This document shows, piece after piece, positions 7,748 through 16,725 of a stretch of 36,031 nucleotides of DNA (within the stretch, counting starts at the first letter, position 1; each line of letters starts with the position of its first letter). A program made the position numbers and the translations under genes. The notes under the pieces were generated by a model, which was not told the DNA's origin, searched no databases, and saw only the letters and a list, made by a program, of their open reading frames with translations. The stretch comes from an uncultured Thermoplasmatales archaeon (GTDB lineage: Archaea > Thermoplasmatota > E2 > DHVEG-1), in the NCBI GenBank assembly GCA_964517155.1, contig CAZFAZ010000027.1:1-36031 (forward strand), written 5' to 3'.

Positions 7748-8176
7748 TTATTTTATTTTTGGAATTACTTTTTCTATATCTTCTGTTTTACCAGCATCCC
7801 AAATTGCTCTTATCGCTAAGAGACCTGCTGCTGGTGCAGCAAATATCGCTAATGTAAATGCAATATTTGCAAAGTATTGTCCAATTACGTCCAAGTTTGC
7901 AAAAGCTTGACCAGTTGCACCTATTCCAACTAATATTAGTGCTGCTATCAAAAATGTTGGGATTCTATCGTGTGTTATATTGCCTATTGCAAAGAACGAC
8001 AGTACTCCTACAACAAAGCCTAGCACAGCTAATGTTATAGATATGTATGTAGGATACATGACTGTTTGTGTTGTTGTATCATACCACATTTGCTGAGCTA
8101 CTAGTCCGACTATTACTGATATTAATATACCTATCAAAAATAGCCAACTTCCTATTTTCCTAAATATTGTTTCCAT
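7748..8176 (-). CDS. 4-TM membrane protein of unknown function (paralog of 22800-23243)
   Basis: Four hydrophobic segments; shares KxG...F..G, GxIT...PxFLIA and AIF..P...LA.+AIWD.GK with 22800-23243. Confidence 0.85.
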   Translation of the reverse strand: METIFRKIGSWLFLIGILISVIVGLVAQQMWYDTTTQTVMYPTYISITLAVLGFVVGVLSFFAIGNITHDRIPTFLIAALILVGIGATGQAFANLDVIGQYFANIAFTLAIFAAPAAGLLAIRAIWDAGKTEDIEKVIPKIK

Positions 8177-8408
8177 TTTTACATCCTCTCTCCTATATTT
8201 TTATTTTTAACATTTAAAACAATTAGATATTATTTAAATATTTAGTGTAAATGAACGTGCAGTTATATATGTAGATACTTACTCCTTTAAAAGATAAACT
8301 CTGTTATTTCGTCAATACGCGTATTTTACCATTTTGTCTTTTTAATAGCATATAGTTAAATACTATAAATGCCAAAAATTAAGATATTATCAGGTTTGGA
8401 GAGAATAA

Positions 8409-8567
8409 ATGTATAAAATAAATTATAAAACAGATGAAAAAAATGAAACAATTGAGATTAACGACTCTTTATTTCATATTGGAATGAGAAAAGGACTCAT
8501 TGAAAAAGATGGCGAAGAATACTTTTTCATAGGTGACTATGAAGAGCTTACAGCTTTTATAAGATAA
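8409..8567 (+). CDS. 52-aa acidic soluble protein, not in ORF track
   Basis: MYKINYKTDEKNETIEINDSLFHIGMRKGLIEKDGEEYFFIGDYEELTAFIR; SD GGAGAG; purine-rich coding-like composition. Confidence 0.7.
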   Translation: MYKINYKTDEKNETIEINDSLFHIGMRKGLIEKDGEEYFFIGDYEELTAFIR

Positions 8568-8589
8568 GATTTACATTGAACAAATAACC

Positions 8590-8665
8590 GTGGAGGGGGT
8601 CAAAGAATTTTAATTCACCTCTTCTTGCATTCATTGACCCTCTCTATTACCCCCTTATTTTTTTA
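8590..8665 (+). ncRNA. putative structured RNA element (hairpin with anti-SD loop) followed by a U-tract
   Basis: 8590-8603 pairs with 8634-8647 (14 bp, 3 G.U), one mismatch, then 8605-8608 with 8629-8632; the 20-nt loop contains UUCACCUC; G.U pairs imply the + strand. Confidence 0.55.
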
Positions 8666-8716
8666 TTAGAAAGATTTAAGTTTAAAATCTATATTTTATA
8701 TTAAAGTTGATGGGAT

Positions 8717-9025
8717 ATGAAAACAGTTATGATTATAGATGATGAATCACACATTTTATCAGATGTTAAATCATATTTAGAAAAAGATTTTCAAGTAATT
8801 ACAGCAGAAAATAACAGAGACGCCCTTGAAATGATTGAAAAACACAACAAAGATCTAGAACTGATACTAATAGATTCAAACATTCCAGATACAGAAATAC
8901 CTGCATTTTTCTCAATGAAACCAGATACTGACAAAAAGATAGACACAACAAAAACAGATGATTTTTTAATGAAACCATTTACACGTACACAACTAGTTGA
9001 TTTTGTAAAAAACAGATTGAAATAA
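8717..9025 (+). CDS. shortened/atypical response regulator receiver domain
   Basis: VMIIDDE, LILIDSNIPD, DDFLMKPF; only 102 aa, with the central alpha3-beta4 region shortened. Confidence 0.8.
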   Translation: MKTVMIIDDESHILSDVKSYLEKDFQVITAENNRDALEMIEKHNKDLELILIDSNIPDTEIPAFFSMKPDTDKKIDTTKTDDFLMKPFTRTQLVDFVKNRLK

Positions 9026-9055
9026 AAAAAATTATTTTTGGAGGGAAATTAAAAA

Positions 9056-9475
9056 ATGCAAAGTACTGAAAAGAAAAACGTTGTTTTTGCCAAACTTTTT
9101 CCAGGCGAAGATGTAAATAAAGAATTAATAGAACTATGCAAAAAACATAACATTGATTCAGGTGTTATCATCTCAGGAATCGGTCAATTTGAAAAAGTAG
9201 AACTAGGTTACTTCAAATGCAAAGGCGATTACTCACATGAAGTTTTTGAAAAACCTCTAGAAGTTTTATCCTTAAATGGCAACATATGCAAAATAGAAAA
9301 TGAATATGTTTTACATATACATGCGGTACTAAGTGACGATAAAAAAAATGCGATTGGTGGACATTTCATAAATGCAATTGTGAGTATAACCGGAGAAATC
9401 GTGATACTTAAAACAAATGTAGCCTTTAAAAGACAAACCGATGAAGAAACAGGACTTAAAAACATGGTTTTTTAA
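9056..9475 (+). CDS. PPC/DUF296 domain protein
   Basis: LFPGEDV, SGIG, LGYF, EVLSLNGNI, HIHAVL, GGH motifs. Confidence 0.92.
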   Translation: MQSTEKKNVVFAKLFPGEDVNKELIELCKKHNIDSGVIISGIGQFEKVELGYFKCKGDYSHEVFEKPLEVLSLNGNICKIENEYVLHIHAVLSDDKKNAIGGHFINAIVSITGEIVILKTNVAFKRQTDEETGLKNMVF

Positions 9476-9541
9476 TGGTAAAACTATTTTAGCCAAAAGA
9501 TGATTACCATATACTAGGCTTAATTTGGAGGAAAAACATCT

Positions 9542-9784
9542 ATGCCAAAAATCACAGATTTAAGCAATAAAATAAAGGCTCTTAAAGATGCGCGAGAAAT
9601 ATTACATGAAGAATATACTAAAACTGATTTTCATAAAAAACGAGAAGCACAACCACAAGAATCAGTCCCTCCTTCACCAGAAGATGAAGAAATACTCAAA
9701 CTTTTAACTGCGATTCATCAGATTGATGTTCATATAAAAAGACTTCAAGATGAGCAATTCTCAATTCTTAAGAAAAACGAATAA
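9542..9784 (+). CDS. hypothetical helical-hairpin/coiled-coil protein (80 aa)
   Basis: SD GGAGG; two amphipathic helices joined by a Pro-rich linker. Confidence 0.75.
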   Translation: MPKITDLSNKIKALKDAREILHEEYTKTDFHKKREAQPQESVPPSPEDEEILKLLTAIHQIDVHIKRLQDEQFSILKKNE

Positions 9785-9793
9785 AGAAATTTT

Positions 9794-11326
9794 TTAAATT
9801 ATATTTCTTTTAATTCCAAATATTGATTTTACAAGCACAATTATTGGAATAATTTCAAGTCTACCAATCCACATATTAAAAATAAGCATAACTTTTGCAG
9901 TAGCAGGCATAGTAATCTCAGTTATACCTGTTGTAAGTCCAACGTTTCCCTGTGCAGAACATACCTCAAAAATGATGTCTCCAAGTGTTCTCCCAGGATA
10001 TATCACACCTATAACCATTATTCCAACAGCAAGAAGTATAACCCATATAAAAGAAATAATTGCTGCTTCATTTATAAGATCTGAAGCATCATCTTTTGAA
10101 AGATATCTGCCACCAAGTTTATGAACAAAAACCCTGCGCGGTGTAGAAATAGCTCTTTTAATTCTCCAGCTGACACCCTTATACAAAAGTATTGCTCGGA
10201 AAAGTTTAATACCACCAGCGGTAGAACCAGCAGCACCACCAATAATCATTGCAAATGCAAGGATTAATTTTGCAATTTCGCTCCAACTCTCAGGATTAAC
10301 ACCACCTATAACATTAACAGATGCAAAACCTGTACAAGTAATAGCTGATGTAAACTGAAAACCAGAAACTTTCAAAGAATGAAAAATATCTCCATTAACA
10401 TAAGGTAACTTTAAATTAACATAAGTAAGGCCAATTACTCCAAGTATTATCAAAGCAATAAGTGCTTTAAACTGAGGATCAGATAAAAACTTTTTAACAC
10501 GTCCTTTAAGCAAATCATAATGCGCAGCAAAAGCAATCGCACCAAAAATCATAAGGATCACCACAGCTATCTGACTGATTACCCCAAAACTAGTGATACT
10601 GTCATCAGTTACAGAAAAACCACCAGTTGCAAGTGCAGTCATAGCGTGATTCAAGGATTGCCATGAATTCATTCCATCAGATGTTACAAAACCAATTATA
10701 GTCAATGCAACAACACCAATTATAGTATAAAGAATAAATATCCACCAGATAGTACGAACCGTTGAAACAATAGATGGATGAGTTTTTTGATCACGTGCCT
10801 CTCCTTTATATAATACAAATGAACCAGTACCAGGACGAGCAAGAATACTTAAAGTCAAAACAATAACTCCAACGCCACCAACCCATTGAATAAGAGAACG
10901 CCAAAACTGTAGAGTATAAGGCAAAAGATTTTCTTTATCAACCATTGTAAGACCTGTTCCAGTCCAACCAGACATTGATTCAAAAAATGCTGAAAGTGCA
11001 TCCATGTGAAGAAGTTCTTCTTTATTATAAGGTATCAAAATTAATGGTATAGCACTTACAATAGATATTGAAAGCCAACTAAGTGCAGCAGTAACCATAG
11101 CACTTTTAAAATTTGTAGGCTCTGCCTTTCGAAAAACATAATAAAAAGGTAGACCAAAACCAAAGAAAACAGAAGAAGTAATCAATAACGGAGCAATACC
11201 ATCAAAACTGCAATTAGAGCCATACTCGCCAAAATATAAAGGTACAACTAATGCAACAAGGGAAACAAACCCTGTCAATATGAATATTCCACCAAGATCC
11301 TTAAGAACAGTTCTTAGATCACTCAT
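9794..11326 (-). CDS. trkH: TrkH family potassium uptake protein
   Basis: Four pore-loop Gly motifs (SGWTGTGLT, LATGGFS, ITCTGF, QGNVGL), QWVGGVG, GSTAGGIK, GRLEI. Confidence 0.95.
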   Translation of the reverse strand: MSDLRTVLKDLGGIFILTGFVSLVALVVPLYFGEYGSNCSFDGIAPLLITSSVFFGFGLPFYYVFRKAEPTNFKSAMVTAALSWLSISIVSAIPLILIPYNKEELLHMDALSAFFESMSGWTGTGLTMVDKENLLPYTLQFWRSLIQWVGGVGVIVLTLSILARPGTGSFVLYKGEARDQKTHPSIVSTVRTIWWIFILYTIIGVVALTIIGFVTSDGMNSWQSLNHAMTALATGGFSVTDDSITSFGVISQIAVVILMIFGAIAFAAHYDLLKGRVKKFLSDPQFKALIALIILGVIGLTYVNLKLPYVNGDIFHSLKVSGFQFTSAITCTGFASVNVIGGVNPESWSEIAKLILAFAMIIGGAAGSTAGGIKLFRAILLYKGVSWRIKRAISTPRRVFVHKLGGRYLSKDDASDLINEAAIISFIWVILLAVGIMVIGVIYPGRTLGDIIFEVCSAQGNVGLTTGITEITMPATAKVMLIFNMWIGRLEIIPIIVLVKSIFGIKRNII

Positions 11327-11402
11327 TTCTTTTTCCTCTTCAAATACTTTATACTTGATATCTATTAATATTACAAAAAATAAATAACTAATACTTATAG
11401 TT

Positions 11403-12287
11403 TTATAGATTCCTAATGTCTTTTATTTTTTTATGTAAATCTTCTTTTAAATCTTTTGATAAATCTCTTTTAGTAAAGGCATCAGCCTTTGCAGCTGTTG
11501 AAATCTTTGAAGCAAAGACTCTTGCAATTTTACCACGTTCAGACCTACCAGATTTATTTATATAAGCATGCTGAAAAATCACTCCATGTTTAGGAGGAAG
11601 ACCACCTTGTTTTTTAAATCTAAACAAAGCTTTCTCAGCACCAAGGATTTGAATAGTTGAAGAAGGAAGCATAGCAAGTCTCTGAAGACTACCAGCATAA
11701 GATATAAGTCTTGCGCCGATAAGAGGACCTACAACACTGCTAATATTTGGAGCAACAACAGCCATATCTTTTTCAATTTGAGTTTGAAGATTTATTATCT
11801 CAGAATTAACAGTTTCATAAGTATTTTTTAAAGGATTAATTCTATCAGTAGATGGACAAAAATCAGACCAACTATCAAGCCTTTCCAAAAGCAAATTAGA
11901 GGTTTGAATAAAATCATCAAGCGTTTTTATCATCTGAACAATTTGAACATCAGGTGAACTAAGTTTTTCACTTGCATTTTCTTGGGATGCAATTAATGAT
12001 GCTTTTTGCAGTAAATCAAATTCAAAACCATAATCTTGGGGCTTTAAAATAAAATTTTTAAAAAAATCATCATCTGGATTATAACTACCAATCTTTTCAA
12101 GTCTTTTTTCAGAAACAAGTACATCTTTTTTCTTTGAAAGCTTTATTTCTTCAGGTAAAACTTGTCCTTTATTTATCGTTAAAAGTTTTTCAGCAAGTTT
12201 TTTTTCATCTTTTGGAAAAAGAATATGCTGTTTGACCCCATCTTTATCGCATAAGAATGTTCCAAACCATTTTGTAATTAGATACAT
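11403..12287 (-). CDS. nop5: C/D box sRNP protein Nop5 (Nop56/58 homolog)
   Basis: APNISSVVGPLIGARLI, LPSSTIQILGAEKALF, PKHGVIFQH, RGKIAR. Confidence 0.93.
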   Translation of the reverse strand: MYLITKWFGTFLCDKDGVKQHILFPKDEKKLAEKLLTINKGQVLPEEIKLSKKKDVLVSEKRLEKIGSYNPDDDFFKNFILKPQDYGFEFDLLQKASLIASQENASEKLSSPDVQIVQMIKTLDDFIQTSNLLLERLDSWSDFCPSTDRINPLKNTYETVNSEIINLQTQIEKDMAVVAPNISSVVGPLIGARLISYAGSLQRLAMLPSSTIQILGAEKALFRFKKQGGLPPKHGVIFQHAYINKSGRSERGKIARVFASKISTAAKADAFTKRDLSKDLKEDLHKKIKDIRNL

Positions 12288-12498
12288 TTAATCTAAACTA
12301 GGAAATGCAATTATCTTATTTATTTTGCGGAAAGAAAATATCTATAAATGTTTGTTATAATATTATTGAAAAAAACTATTGCGTTTTAAAGCTTATATTA
12401 TTATATCTATAACCTATATGTTACTATTCTTTGTAGAATTAAGGAGAACTTTATAAGTAATTAATTGTTTTGAACTAATAGTGCAAGTGAGAAAAAAT

Positions 12499-12633
12499 AT
12501 GAGAAATGATAAAGAAGAAGAAAAATCTAATCTAGAATTGCAAGAGGAAATAAAACAATTAAAGAAAAAAGTAAAAGATTTAGAACGAGAGAGAGACATA
12601 TTATTGGCATTACATAGACGAGAAATCGAATAA
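12499..12633 (+). CDS. 44-aa coiled-coil peptide, not in ORF track
   Basis: MRNDKEEEKSNLELQEEIKQLKKKVKDLERERDILLALHRREIE; heptad pattern; start uncertain. Confidence 0.5.
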   Translation: MRNDKEEEKSNLELQEEIKQLKKKVKDLERERDILLALHRREIE

Positions 12634-12661
12634 GATGAATTTGTAGTCTAAAGGATTAAAA

Positions 12662-13060
12662 ATGGCATCTAAACAAAACCAGGCAATGTTTATTGCCATT
12701 ATTGCCGGTATTTTGCTTTTAATATCTGGTATAAGTGGAGCAGTAACTTGGGAAACAATTAAAGATTTTTTAACCTCACAGTTTCCAGGAAACCAAGTTT
12801 TAGAAATAGTATTTGTAATAATAATATTTATAGCCTCTTTAGGTGGCATCACAGTAATTATCGGTGGTTTACTTATCGGAAAAAACAATGTTAAAACAGG
12901 TAAATTTTTAATTACTTTAGGCGCGGGTATGGGCTTAATTGGTTTGTTAATATCAATAATAATTGCTTTTACTCAAAATAGTTTTACAATAGGCAGCTTC
13001 TTTTCACTTGGTACAATAGGACTTATTTTATCTATTATTGCAAGAATGCTTGCTAAATAA
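12662..13060 (+). CDS. 4-TM membrane protein of unknown function
   Basis: 132 aa, Gly-rich hydrophobic helices. Confidence 0.8.
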   Translation: MASKQNQAMFIAIIAGILLLISGISGAVTWETIKDFLTSQFPGNQVLEIVFVIIIFIASLGGITVIIGGLLIGKNNVKTGKFLITLGAGMGLIGLLISIIIAFTQNSFTIGSFFSLGTIGLILSIIARMLAK

Positions 13061-13196
13061 CTACAGACAGATACAACAAGAAAAAACTCCAAAAATGTTA
13101 AAACAACATAAAGGAATCTTGCTCTTGATATTTTGTAGAAGCATATAAAAGCCAATCTTTTAATAATTGTTTTTACTTTAAGGGTGAGGTGTTAAC

Positions 13197-14105
13197 CTGG
13201 TAGAAATCGCAACAAAAATTGCAAATCTAAGGTTAAAGAATCCTACGATACTTGCATCAGGAATAATGGATGAAGATGCTGGCAGCATGACTCGTATTTT
13301 TAAATCTGGAGCTGGAGCAATTGTTACTAAATCCATTGGATTAAAACCAAGAGAAGGTTACTCTAATCCATCTGCAGTTGAACTAGAATGCGGGATACTT
13401 AATGCAATGGGGCTTCCAAATCCAGGTATCGATGAATTCAAAGACGAACTCGTAAAACTCAAAAAAGCAAAAATTCCAATTATCGGAAGCATATTTGGCT
13501 CAAACAGCAAAGAATTTACAACACTTGCAAATAAAATGCAGGATGCAGGTGCAAATGCTTTGGAGCTTAATATGAGCTGCCCTCATGCAAAAGGATACGG
13601 ACTTGAAATAGGATCTGACCCAAAACTTGTAAAAGAGATAACTTCAAATGTAAAAAAATCTGTATCAATTCCTGTTTTTGTAAAAATTTCACCTAACCTT
13701 ACAGATATATCTAAAATTGCACAATCAGTAGAAAAAGGCGGTGCCGATGCGATAGTCGCAATAAATACTGTAAAAGCAATGAAAATAGACATTGAAACAC
13801 AAAGACCGATATTATCAAATAAAATAGGCGGGTACTCTGGAAAAGCAATTAAACCAATTGGAATAAGATGTGTATATGAAATCTACAAAAAAATTGAGAT
13901 ACCAATAATAGGAGTCGGCGGCATAACAACGGGAGAAGATGCAATAGAATACATAATGGCAGGTGCATCAGCAATCCAAATAGGCTCTGCAGTATACTTT
14001 AGAGGAATCAATGCATTTGATAAAATATGCAAAGAGATGCAAAACTGGATGAAAAACAACAATTATAAAAAAATAAATGAATTAATTGGAGTCGCAAATA
14101 TATGA
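13197..14105 (+). CDS. pyrD: dihydroorotate dehydrogenase B, catalytic subunit (probable CTG start)
   Basis: LKNPTILASG lies upstream of the ORF-track ATG; VTKS, NAMGLPNPG, ELNMSCPH, VKISPN, GGYSG, IIGVGGI. Confidence 0.95.
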   Translation: MVEIATKIANLRLKNPTILASGIMDEDAGSMTRIFKSGAGAIVTKSIGLKPREGYSNPSAVELECGILNAMGLPNPGIDEFKDELVKLKKAKIPIIGSIFGSNSKEFTTLANKMQDAGANALELNMSCPHAKGYGLEIGSDPKLVKEITSNVKKSVSIPVFVKISPNLTDISKIAQSVEKGGADAIVAINTVKAMKIDIETQRPILSNKIGGYSGKAIKPIGIRCVYEIYKKIEIPIIGVGGITTGEDAIEYIMAGASAIQIGSAVYFRGINAFDKICKEMQNWMKNNNYKKINELIGVANI

Positions 14106-14881
14106 ATTATCCGTTTGTTACAAAAATCATAGAAACAAAAACTGAAAATGACTGTATAAAAACAATTAAATTCGAACATAAAGAAAAAATTATTCCTGGT
14201 CAGTTTTATATGATATGGATACCAGGCATTGATGAGATACCTATGAGTGTTTCATATATTGATAACAAAATAAAAGGCATAACTTTTCGAAAAATTGGTG
14301 ATGCAACAAATGCTTTATTCAACCTAAAAAAAAGAGATAAAATAGGCATCCGCGGACCATATGGAAACGGCTTTAAATTAAAGGGTAAAAAAATACTTTT
14401 TGTAGGCGGTGGTACAGGGATTGCAATGCTTGCGCCAGCAGTTGAAGAGGCGGTAAAAAAGAAAATAAAATCAACTGTTATAATTGGTGCAAAAACAAAA
14501 AAAGAGTTATTCTTTGAAAAAAGAATAAAAGAAACTAGTGCAGAATTATATATTACAACTGATGACAGGACACAAGGAACAAAAGGTTTTACAACAGATA
14601 TTGCCAAAAATATCATCAAAGAAAACAAATTTGATCTTATTTTAACCTGCGGACCTGAAATTATGATGAAAAAACTGATGGATATATCAAAGGGTATCTC
14701 TCTTCAAGCATCACTTGAGCGTTATATGAAATGCGGTTTTGGCATATGCGGACAATGCTGTGTTGGAGAAGGTTTAAGAGTATGCACAGAAGGCCCTATT
14801 TTTGATGAAAAAACACTTAAAAAAATACATGATTTCGGTGTTTTTAAAAGAGATGCATCTGGTAAAAAAATAAAATTTTAA
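14102..14881 (+). CDS. pyrK: dihydroorotate dehydrogenase electron transfer subunit
   Basis: PGQFYM, RGPYGNGF, GGGTGIA, CGPE, 2Fe-2S motif CGFGICGQC...C; 4-nt overlap with pyrD. Confidence 0.95.
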   Translation: MNYPFVTKIIETKTENDCIKTIKFEHKEKIIPGQFYMIWIPGIDEIPMSVSYIDNKIKGITFRKIGDATNALFNLKKRDKIGIRGPYGNGFKLKGKKILFVGGGTGIAMLAPAVEEAVKKKIKSTVIIGAKTKKELFFEKRIKETSAELYITTDDRTQGTKGFTTDIAKNIIKENKFDLILTCGPEIMMKKLMDISKGISLQASLERYMKCGFGICGQCCVGEGLRVCTEGPIFDEKTLKKIHDFGVFKRDASGKKIKF

Positions 14882-14890
14882 GTGATAAAA

Positions 14891-15310
14891 ATGAGTGTTT
14901 TTACAGGTGAAATAAAAGTTGATACAAAAGGTGAAGTTGACATTATAGATATCACAGATGATTTACAGCAAGTTGTAAATGACTCAAAAATAACTAATGG
15001 AATTGCCTGTGTTTTTGTCCCAGGTTCAACAGGAACACTTACAAGTATTGAATATGAACCAGGTTTGCAGAAAGATTTTCCAAAAGCCCTTGAAAAAATA
15101 GCACCTAAAAAAGAGCATTATGCTCATCATGAAACCTGGAATGATGACAATGGCCACTCGCATGTACGTGCAAGTCTTATGGGCCCAAGCATTACTTTAC
15201 CTATTTGTAACAAAAAAATTGTTCATGGTACATGGCAGCAAATTGTATTTGTAGAACTTGATACAAGACCTAGAACAAGAAATCTAATAGCCCAGATAAT
15301 AGGTGAATAA
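14891..15310 (+). CDS. yjbQ: YjbQ/UPF0047 family protein
   Basis: GSTG, EYEPGL, NGHSHVRASLMGPS, GTWQQI. Confidence 0.92.
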   Translation: MSVFTGEIKVDTKGEVDIIDITDDLQQVVNDSKITNGIACVFVPGSTGTLTSIEYEPGLQKDFPKALEKIAPKKEHYAHHETWNDDNGHSHVRASLMGPSITLPICNKKIVHGTWQQIVFVELDTRPRTRNLIAQIIGE

Positions 15311-15324
15311 AAAATAGTTTTTTT

Positions 15325-15834
15325 TCACCATTTATTTTCATGAGTTCTGCTTTTTGTTTCTCTTTTAACTTTATCCTGTTTTTCATTTGTATATCCTAAA
15401 GATATAATCGAAAAAGGAACTATATTTTCAGGAAGTTTAAACAGTTCTTTTAGATGTTTTATTCTATCTTCTCTTGGATAAACACCAAGCCAACAGCTAC
15501 CTAAACCTAAGGCATGTGCGGCAAGTAATATGTTTTGTGTTGCAGATGAACAATCAAGTATCCAATACCCTTTATATTTTTCAAGATTTAAATCACCGCA
15601 TACAAGTATTGCTCTTTGAGCTTTTTTAAGCATTTTTGCATTTGGATGAAAATCTGGTATTTTATCAAGTATCTCCCTGTTATCAATTACTATAAAATGC
15701 CATGGTTGCTGATTACCTGCAGAGGGAGCACTTACCGATGCTTCTATTAGTTTTTCTATGATTTCATCAGATACTTTTTGAGTTGTGTATGTCCTAATGC
15801 TTCTTCTTGTAAGAATTGTTTCTAACGCATCCAT
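15325..15834 (-). CDS. nitroreductase family protein
   Basis: RRSIRTY, APSAGNQQPWHF, NILLAAHALGLGSCW. Confidence 0.95.
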   Translation of the reverse strand: MDALETILTRRSIRTYTTQKVSDEIIEKLIEASVSAPSAGNQQPWHFIVIDNREILDKIPDFHPNAKMLKKAQRAILVCGDLNLEKYKGYWILDCSSATQNILLAAHALGLGSCWLGVYPREDRIKHLKELFKLPENIVPFSIISLGYTNEKQDKVKRETKSRTHENKW

Positions 15835-15900
15835 TTTTTTTCACCTGTTTCTTTTTATCTAATTGAAAAAAACCTATTTTAATTTTGGTTTTTTAAAAAT

Positions 15901-16725
15901 TTAGTACTCAAACTCAAACAAAATAATGCTTGATGTTTCAACACCATATAATATATCTATTTGATTTAATAATGAAAAGCTGTATGTTGAAATTTTTATA
16001 GATTTTAAGTTTATCTCTTGATTTATTTCTTCTCTGATTTGTATTTTTTTATTTGTCCATAAATTAAGACTTGTTTTTTCTTCAAAGATTTTTAACACAT
16101 TATCTTTATCATCTATCAACTCAATTTTAATTTCATTTATTTTTGACAATATGTTTTTTTCTAAAAAAAGAGTAATATTGCATACCGATTTAGTTATTGT
16201 AATAGGTTTTTCTAATTGATATAACAGATATTTTTCATCTTTAAGATTTAATAAATTATTTGATTTTATTGTTTCTTTAGAAAATACTGGATTTTCATAT
16301 ACAAGTTTTCCAGAAGTCAGATAAAAAAGATAGTTTTTTGGATATAATGCTATCTCATGAGTATAAGTTGTTATTGTTGAATTGTTATCTGTCACCTGAA
16401 GAGTTACTGTATAAATAACAGGATATTCAATGTCATAATTATCATTTATTTTAAAAATATGATTTACAGTTTCCCCTTCTTTTGAATCATCCATAAAATC
16501 CCAGTAAAATGATGTTATTCTTCCATCAGGATCATATGATTCAGATGCATCAAATCTAATTGTTTCATCAAAATATCCTTTTTCAGGAGAATTCATTACA
16601 ATTTTTGCAGGGATATTTTTAGTTTCTTCAAGTGTATCTAAAGGTATTATTTTTTGTTCTGTGCAACCTGAGAAAAACAATAAAAAGATTATAACTGTTG
16701 TTAACAATAGCATATTTTTATTCAG
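15901..16725 (-). CDS. PKD-domain lipoprotein
   Basis: Lipobox-like FFSGC after a hydrophobic stretch; PKD motif FDASESYDPDG..YWDF..YTVTLQVTDN. Start uncertain (CTG 16725 or ATG 16713). Confidence 0.85.
   Translation of the reverse strand: MNKNMLLLTTVIIFLLFFSGCTEQKIIPLDTLEETKNIPAKIVMNSPEKGYFDETIRFDASESYDPDGRITSFYWDFMDDSKEGETVNHIFKINDNYDIEYPVIYTVTLQVTDNNSTITTYTHEIALYPKNYLFYLTSGKLVYENPVFSKETIKSNNLLNLKDEKYLLYQLEKPITITKSVCNITLFLEKNILSKINEIKIELIDDKDNVLKIFEEKTSLNLWTNKKIQIREEINQEINLKSIKISTYSFSLLNQIDILYGVETSSIILFEFEY

Noticed and set aside
8314..8325. 12-bp palindrome AATACGCGTATT in a divergent intergenic region
   Set aside because: Could be an operator, but it is a single occurrence with no regulator nearby; insufficient support.
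8590..8647. Hairpin as an archaeal SECIS element, or its loop as a minus-strand SD
   Set aside because: No nearby gene has an in-frame TGA at a Cys position. On the minus strand the SD is followed only by very short frames with no well-spaced ATG, though this cannot be fully excluded.
12499..12633. Resemblance of EIKQLKKKVKDLERERDIL to the IS3 OrfA leucine zipper
   Set aside because: No HTH, OrfB, TIR or TSD nearby; a generic coiled coil explains it.
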